Positions 56,032-64,000 of a DNA stretch of 64,000 nucleotides are shown piece by piece. The notes beneath the pieces were generated by a model that was not told where the DNA came from, made no database searches, and worked only from the letters and a program-made list of their open reading frames with translations. A program made the translations under genes and the position numbers. The DNA comes from Eledone cirrhosa (lineage: Eukaryota): NCBI GenBank assembly GCA_964016885.1, contig OZ024742.1, positions 119,660,001 to 119,724,000 of the forward strand, given 5' to 3'. Positions within the stretch are counted from its first letter, which is position 1. Each line of letters starts with the position of its first letter.

Positions 56032-56609
56032 TGGAAAGTTATATTTAAATTGTTGGGTTACAACTAGTAAATATTTATAACTGATATAAAAGCACTCAAC
56101 AAGTATTTGGAGTATATTTACGATATTAAATAAATGGAAACTATATTTATAAAACCATATTTATTTCATTATATATATTTCAGGGATATCATATTAACAA
56201 TATGTCATGCCTTCTTCAGACAAAATACAATATAGACAGTTTTATAGATAAATAGATTTGACATACCGTTCAACATCGACTTGTATTTGAAAAAGTTGAT
56301 TTGGCAGTGAAAAATTGTAAACAGAAAGAAAAATTGTAAACAGAAAGAAAGAAAGAAAGAAAGAAAGAAGGAAAGAAAGAAAACGAAGAAAAACGAAGAA
56401 AAAACGAAGAAAAAAGAAAACTATTTATCTATAAACGAAGAAAAACGAAGAAAAAACGAAGAAAAAAGAAATCTATTTATCTATAAAACTGTCTATATTG
56501 TATTTTGTCTGAAGAAGGCATAACATATTGTTAATATGATATCCCTGAAATATATATAATGAAATAAATATGGTTTTATAAATATAGTTTCCATTTATTT
56601 AATATCGTA
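56032..56609. mobile_element. Putative PLE family 3 termini: 141-bp inverted arms (56119-56259 and 56469-56609) plus an ~87-nt tail on the left only
   Basis: Near-identical inverted repeat with a hammerhead in each arm; inserted in (TA)n. No ORF is present, so the PLE assignment is inferred. Confidence 0.75.
56495..56571 (+). ncRNA. Minimal type I hammerhead with canonical core (mirror copy at 56157-56233, minus strand)
   Basis: AUAUUGUAUUUUGU-CUGAAGA-AGG...CCU-GAAA-UAUAUAU-A-AUGAAAUAAAUAU; palindromic short stem III. Confidence 0.8.
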
Positions 56610-56630
56610 TATATACTATATATATATATA

Positions 56631-56667
<37 letters not shown>

Positions 56668-56737
56668 ATTCCTAATTCAACCATTTTCCAACTGTGAACA
56701 ATTTGTCAGCATTTTCTATTCCGTTTACCAATATATA

Positions 56738-56772
<35 letters not shown>

Positions 56773-56816
56773 TATATATATATATACTAGATATATATAT
56801 ATATACTATATATATA

Positions 56817-56854
<38 letters not shown>

Positions 56855-56874
56855 TATATATATATATATATATA

Positions 56875-56916
<42 letters not shown>

Positions 56917-57133
56917 TATATATATATACTATATATATATATATATATATACTATATATATATATATATATATACTATATATATATACTATATATATATA
57001 TATACTATATATATATATATATATATACTATATATATATACTATATATATATATATACTATATATATATACTATATATATATATATACTATATATATATA
57101 TACTAGATATATATATATATATACTATATATAT

Positions 57134-57316
57134 AGTAATAATAATAAAATTGAAGACTAAAATCCAGAGAGGGCTCGATAAGGAAAATATATATCAAATA
57201 TATAAGAACCGAAGAGCAAATATTTATTAAAATAACAGATTAAAGTTTAAGCAAAGAATCGCTGCTTTCACCCTTAACGGGATCTTCTGAAACTAACAAA
57301 GTCAATCTGTAAACGC
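57134..57316 (-). mobile_element. PLE family 2 terminal fragment with tail
   Basis: 57221-57316 matches 52921-53016. The additional tail ends in tcttcaattttattattattact, which is also found just 5' of the family 2 ORF (43983-44005). Confidence 0.8.
57235..57310 (-). ncRNA. Candidate type I hammerhead with variant core CAGAAGA (degenerate copies at 52935-53010 and 41232-41290)
   Basis: ACAGAUUGA..AGUUU-CAGAAGA-UCCC(GUUAA)GGGU-GAAA-GCAG..UUGCU-U-AAACUUUAAUCUGU. Confidence 0.6.
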
Positions 57317-57609
57317 ATATACTATATATATATATATATATACTATATATATATATATACTATATATATATTAGAAAGTGAGGTTTTTTTACAAATTGTA
57401 AAATAACCGAGGTGTCCTACACGAGTGAAAGTATAAAGAAAAAGAGATGAAATCGAAAATGCAACTGGAGTCTTATTTTTTAAAAAAATATATATATTTA
57501 TTTGGTTCCTTTACCTGTTTCGCAGTTCTTCTGCTTTTCAAAAGGTGAGTTGAGATGGAGGGTCTGTGGTTTTTCTCACATCTGGTTGGTCTCTGAATGT
57601 TACTTGTTT

Positions 57610-58216
57610 TATATGGAAAAAGTGGCTCGAAATGCCCTCTGGAATCTCCTAAAAAATAATGGCAAGGCAGACATATATGAAAAGTCGCTAAATTCTACCC
57701 CAATCATCCTCCCCAAAAAACTCCAAATAAAACCCATCCCGAATGAACCAGAAAACCAACAAAGACTTAGGGAAAAGATGGCGTTGGAAAAATTTAAAAC
57801 AGAAACAGAACTGTTGCGATTAAGAGCCAACTCCAACGAAGAAAAATTCAAGTCACTCGACCAACAGATGGACACAGAAATCTCAAAGCACTCTGAAGGC
57901 TTACTCTACAAAAAAACCCTAAAACTTTGGAAAGAAAACTGTGAGGATGAAGAACTCACATCCCTCCAGCGATGGGAAAAAAACACCACCTGGTTCAACA
58001 ACTACGACATGGACTTCAAAAATAAACAAGATACAGGTAACCCATTTTTAAAACAAAGTAAAACTCACACACAACATGCACAACAAATAACAAAAAAAGT
58101 AACAAAACGTCCAACATACCACCAGCAAAACTATAACGATAATCCCAGAAACCATAGACACAACTATAACCCTACTAACAAAAACCAAAGATCCCCGAAC
58201 ACAAGGCAGGACCTGA
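57610..58216 (+). other. Open coding fragment of unknown, probably transposon-derived, coiled-coil-like protein
   Basis: About 200 open codons, K/E-rich, no splice signals, truncated by an RTE-A fragment. Confidence 0.45.
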
Positions 58217-58457
58217 TTGGAGAGGTGTAAGTGTGTGAGGTCGGAATATATCAATTCGTCCCAGGTTTTTCTGGGTCTGCCTACTCCGTGGCTACCGTCT
58301 ATTTTTATCGCCCTGCACTTTATACAGCTGTCGTCTTTCATGCGCATCACGTGACCATACCAACATAGTCTTCTCTCGAGTAAACAGCATCTGATCCCTC
58401 TTATTCCTAATTTCTCCCTTAGTTCGTTTATGCTTTGCCGTTCACGTATATTACTAT

Positions 58458-58460
<3 letters not shown>
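58217..58460 (-). mobile_element. Internal RTE family A fragment
   Basis: MRMKDDSCIK..GRPRKTWDEL. Confidence 0.9.
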
Positions 58461-58493
<33 letters not shown>

Positions 58494-58520
58494 TATGTAT
58501 ATAGTGTATGTATATAGTGT

Positions 58521-59607
58521 ATCATCATCATCATCATCATCAACATTTAACGTCCGTGTTCCACGCTTGAATGGGTTTGGACGGGGGTAGTCCCACTTGA
58601 GGCAAGAGTGATTGTCTTGCTCGCATAGGACTGTCTGGCAGGTTTTCTACAGTTGGATGCCCTTCCTAACACCAACCACATTTACAGTGTGGGTCTGGGA
58701 GGTTTTTACCGTGTTGCCTACACGGCCACATTACAGCGTGGACGGTGTTTTTTTGTCGTGACACCTACACGATCTCATTTGTTTCGGCCTGGATGGTGTG
58801 GCACCAGCATAACTTTACATAGAACGGGGTGGTGTGGATGGGGTGGTGGTGGTGGTGGTGGGACGGGGGGGTATTTTGTTAGAGATGCCTACTGGCTGTA
58901 GTAGGTTTTACTATGTATTTAGGTCTTCTCTGTTACTGAGTACCGCCAAAGGTCTCGGTCCAGTGACATTGTCTTGGAGAGGTGTAAGTGTGTGAGGTCG
59001 GAGTTTATCAGCTCGTCCCAGGTTTTTCTAGGTCTGCCTATTCCGTGGCTACCGTCTATCTTTATTGCCCTGCACTTTGTTATACAGCTATCGAGTTTCA
59101 TGCGCATCACGTGTCCATACCAACGTAGCCTTCTCTCGAGTAAACAACATCTGATCCCTCTTATTTCTAATTTTTTCCTTAGTTCGTTTATGCTTTGCCG
59201 TTCACGTATATTACTGTTACACATCCAGCGGAGCATGCAAGCTTCGTTCCTCTCTAGTCTGCGTATATCCTCTGCACACAATGCCCAGGTCTCACTGCCA
59301 TGCAACATTGCTGTTCGTATGCAGGCATCGTACAACCTGCCTTTCATTTTTAGGGAGAATCCTTTAGCAGCTAATAGTGGTATAAGCTCTCTGAACTTTT
59401 TCCAACCAGTTCTGACTCTAGCTACTGTACTTTCAGAGCACCCTCCCCCACTGCTGATTTTATCACCCAGGTAACGGAAGCTGTCCACTATTTCTATAGA
59501 ACCTTCTGCGCAATTGAAAGAGCTAGTATTTTGTGGGCACTTGCTGCTACTTATTGCACCAGAGCACCGGCCTCATGTAAAATCTATGTTCTTAGTTAGC
59601 TTACCTG
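58521..59607 (-). mobile_element. RTE family A, 5'-truncated copy
   Basis: ORF 58919-59488, 3' UTR, (TCA)n tail. Confidence 0.95.
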
Positions 59608-59693
59608 TATATATATATATAGTGTATGTATATAGTGTATATATATATATATATATACATATAGTATATATATATATATAGTATATATATATA

Positions 59694-59876
59694 TAATTGT
59701 TTCTACTTTAGGCACAAGGCCAGCAATTACCCAGTGCATTACTTGTACTTTATTTTATCGACCCCGTAAGGATGAAAGGCAAAGTCAACCTCGGCGGGAT
59801 TTGAACTTAGATCGTAAAGGGACGTAACTATGCTGGAAAGCATGGCGTCCGACCCTCTACCGATACTGCCAATCCA
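59694..59876 (-). mobile_element. tRNA-derived SINE family S1
   Basis: Reverse complement of 44024-44200. Confidence 0.92.
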
Positions 59877-59886
59877 ATATATATAA

Positions 59887-59921
<35 letters not shown>

Positions 59922-59944
59922 TTTATATATATTGTATATATATA

Positions 59945-60180
<236 letters not shown>

Positions 60181-60277
60181 TATATATATATCTATATCTA
60201 TATATATATATAGTGTGTGTATATATATATATATATAGTGTATATATATAGTGTGTGTATATATATATATATATATA

Positions 60278-60314
<37 letters not shown>

Positions 60315-60318
<4 letters not shown>

Positions 60319-60520
60319 AACGAGTAGGACCCCGACGGCTGAGCTAAAGCCGTTTTGACGGCTAATTCTGGACTAAATTTAGTCCAGAATTAGCTGTCGA
60401 AACGGCTTTAGCTCAGCCGTCGGGATCCTACTTGTTCCTATTACCCACTCTACTACCCTAAGTATTGAGTACTTTGGTGAGTTATGGTCCACCTGGTTCC
60501 TTACCACATTTCCTTTGTTA
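60315..60520 (+). mobile_element. PLE family 1 mini-palindrome (63-bp arms) plus tail
   Basis: Centre at 60377/60378; right arm and tail match 30453-30594. Confidence 0.92.
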
Positions 60521-60532
60521 TATATATATATA

Positions 60533-60574
<42 letters not shown>

Positions 60575-60714
60575 TGTATATATATATATAGTGTATATAT
60601 AGTGTGTATATATATATATATATAGTGTATATATATATGTGTATATATATATATATGTGTGTATATATATATATATATGTGTATATATATATATATATGT
60701 GTATATATATATAT

Positions 60715-61258
60715 ATTGTAAAAGAACTCATTACACTTAATAAAATTGCTCCTGAGGTTGAGCTGATAGTAGCCTCATATATATGGCTGTTATTTCTAGC
60801 AGTACGGATATGAGGCTGACTAGAAACTGTAAACCATGTGCGTTAAACAGTCTTTTAAAATATTTAGAAGTGAAGCATATCAATTTGTTCGGGATGTTTA
60901 CTGAAGAGAGCGGGACATGATATCCTTACACTTATTTATCTCGAAAAATATTTGGATTTTAAAGTTTAAACTTATCTACGGAACAGGTTTGATTTTGAAA
61001 TTTAAATGTGTCTAAACACCATGGCCATTTGGCAATACTGTTTGTCTTTGTTAATTTATTATTTTAAATCGATATAGGCAGGCTGTAATATTATAATTAG
61101 TATATTTCATTCTAGCTAACTAAATTTCTTTTACAATATAAATGCAGATATGTTGGTATTTGTGTTTCATCATATATATTAATTTATATTTAAATGTTTT
61201 ACACGGCTCAGAAATATTTCTTTCTTTGAGCTATTTTCATTGTAAAAGAACTCATTAC

Positions 61259-61262
<4 letters not shown>
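60715..61262 (+). mobile_element. Retrozyme-like or pLTR-like unit: 524-bp monomer with a 24-bp terminal direct repeat and hammerhead motif(s)
   Basis: attgtaaaagaactcattacactt at 60715 and 61239; CUGAAGA-GAG...CUC-GAAA at 60901-60946; flanked by (TA)n. Confidence 0.65.
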
Positions 61263-61328
<66 letters not shown>

Positions 61329-61561
61329 GTGTATATATATATATATATAGTGTATATATATATATATATATATATAGTGTATATATTTATATATATATAT
61401 ATAGTGTATATATTTATATATATATATATAGTGTATATATTTATATATATATATATAGTGTATATATTTATATATATATATATATATAGTGTATATATTT
61501 ATATATATATATATAGTGTATATATATATATATATAGTGTATATATATATATATATATATA

Positions 61562-61603
<42 letters not shown>

Positions 61604-61793
61604 TGTATATATATATATATATATATATAGTGTATATATATATATAGTGTATATGTATATATATATATATAGTGTATATATATATATAGTATATATATAT
61701 ATATATATATATAGTGTATATATGTATATATATATATAGTGTATATATGTATATATATATATAGTGTATATATGTATATATATATATAGTGTA

Positions 61794-61834
<41 letters not shown>

Positions 61835-61868
61835 TATATGTATATATATATATATAGTGTATATAGAT

Positions 61869-61908
<40 letters not shown>

Positions 61909-61932
61909 CTATATATATATATATAGTATATA

Positions 61933-62927
61933 TCATCATCATCATCAACGTTTAACGTCCGTGTTCCACGCTTGCATGGGTTTGGACGGGGGTAGTCCCA
62001 CTTGAGGCAAGAGTGATTGTCTTGTTCGCATAGGACTGTCTGGCAGGTTTTCTACAGTTGGATGCCCTTCCTAACACCAACCACATTTACAGTGTGGGAC
62101 TGGGAGGTTTTTGCCGTGTTGCCTACACGGCCACATTACAGCGTGGACTGTGTGTTTTTTTGTCATGACACTTACACGATCTCATTTGTTTCGGCCTGGA
62201 TGGTGTGGCACCAACATAACTTTACATAGAACGGGGTGGTGTGGATGAGGTGGGGGTGGTGGGACGGGGGGGGGGTATTTTGTTAGAGATGCCTACTGGC
62301 TGTAGTAGGTTTTACTATGTATTTAGGTAAGGCGGGTCTTCTCTGTTACTGAGTACCGCCAAAGGTCTCGGTCCAGTGACATTGTCTTGGAGAGGTGTAA
62401 GTGTGTGAGGTCGGAGTTTATCAGCTCGTCCCAGGTTTTTCTAGGTCTGCCTATTCCGTGGCTACCGTCTATCTTTATTGCCCTGCACTTTGTTATACAG
62501 CTATCGACTTTCATGCGCATCACGTGTCCATACCAACGTAGCCTTCTCTCGAGTAAACAACATCTGATCCCTCTTATTTCTAATTTTTTCCTTAGTTCGT
62601 TTATGCTTTGCCGTTCACGTATATTACTGTTACACATCCAGCGGAGCATGCAAGCTTCGTTTCTCTCTAGTCTGCGTATATCCTCTGCACACAATGCCCA
62701 GGTCTCACTGCCATGCAACATTGCTGTTCGTATGCAGTCATCGTACAACCTGCCTTTCATTTTTAGGGAGAACCCTTTAGCAGCTAATAGTGGTATAAGC
62801 TCTCTGAACTTTTTCCAACCAGTTCTGACTCTAGCTACTGTACTTTCAGAGCACCCTCCCCCACTGCTGATTTTATCACCCAGGTAACGGAAATTGTCCA
62901 CTATTTCTATTGAACCCTCTGCGCAAT
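61933..62927 (-). mobile_element. RTE family A, 5'-truncated copy
   Basis: ORF 62323-62901 plus 3' UTR; very similar to 58521-59607. Confidence 0.95.
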
Positions 62928-63171
62928 GATATATATATATATATAGTGTGTATATATATATATATATAGTGTATATATATATTGTATATATATATATATG
63001 TATATATAGTCTAACTCTCTAGCCCACTAAATATTAACACTTCGAATATTTAATACTGCCGGCACTAGTATCTAGCACCTTTGGCATACGCTACTTGGCA
63101 AATAACTATATGTATCACCTATCCCCCCTTTTTTTCTCGATACGTAAATACTATATAGTATATATATATAT

Positions 63172-64000
63172 AAGCTAACTAAGAACATAGATTTTACATG
63201 TGGCCGGTGTTCTGGGGCAATAAGTAGCAGCAAGTGCCACAAAATACTAGCTCTTTCAACTGCGCAGAGGGTTCTATAGAAATAATGGACAGCTTCCGTT
63301 ACCTGGGTGACAAAATCAGCAGTGGGGGGAGGGTGCTCTGAAAGTACAGTAGCTAGAGTCAGAACTGGGTGGAAAAAGTTCAGAGAGCTTATACCACTAT
63401 TAGCCGCTAAAGGGTTCTCCCTAAAAATGAAAGGCAGGCTGTACGGTGCCTGCATACGAACAGCAATGTTGCATGGCAGTGAGACCTGGGCATTGTGTGC
63501 AGAGGATATACGCAGACTAGAGAGAAACGAAGCTTGCATGCTCCGCTGGATGTGTAATAGTAATATACGTGAACAACAAAGCATAAACGAACTAAGGAAA
63601 AAATTAGAAATAAGAGGGATCAGATGTTGTTTACTAGAGAGAAGGCTACGTTGGTATGGTCACGTGATGCGCATGAAGGACGATAGCTGTATAACAAAGT
63701 GCAGGGCAATAAAGATAGACGGTAGCCACGGAATAGGCAGACCCAGAAAAACCTGGGACGAGCTGATAAACTCCGACCTCACACACTTACACCTCACCAA
63801 GACAATGTCACTGGACCGAGACCTTTGGCGGTACTCAGTAATAGAGAAGACCCGCCTTACCTAAATACAAAGTAAAACCTACTACAGTCAGTAGGCATCT
63901 CTAACAAAATACACCCCGTCCCACCACCCCCAACCCATCCACACCGCCCCCTTCTATGTAAAGTTATGTTGGTGCCACGCCATCCAGGCCGAAACAAATG
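63172..64000 (+). mobile_element. RTE family A, 5'-truncated copy running off the window
   Basis: ORF 63307-63864 and the start of the 3' UTR. Confidence 0.95.

Overview
AT-rich animal genomic DNA, probably an octopod cephalopod (inferred from a tRNA-derived SINE resembling the abundant Octopus SINEs, plus huge (TA)n tracts). Three clear exons of a voltage-gated calcium channel alpha-2/delta (CACNA2D-like) gene lie on the + strand at 1.7, 11.8 and 12.8 kb. No further exon was found, so the remaining >51 kb appears to be one intron. It is packed with retroelements inserted into (TA)n-derived satellites: four RTE-clade LINE families (two intact ORFs of over 1000 aa carrying a PHD-like finger), two SINE families, and at least four Penelope-like element (PLE) families. 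The most striking signals are: (1) a near-perfect 6.1-kb head-to-head PLE palindrome whose architecture (inverted arm ending at one fixed base, plus a tail on one side only) recurs in miniature elsewhere in the window; (2) a set of type I hammerhead ribozyme folds, including U3-A8 and A4 core variants and a retrozyme-like terminally redundant unit; (3) a long-range 5'-3' complementarity in one RTE RNA that covers a candidate start codon. All RNA folds were derived by eye and are untested.
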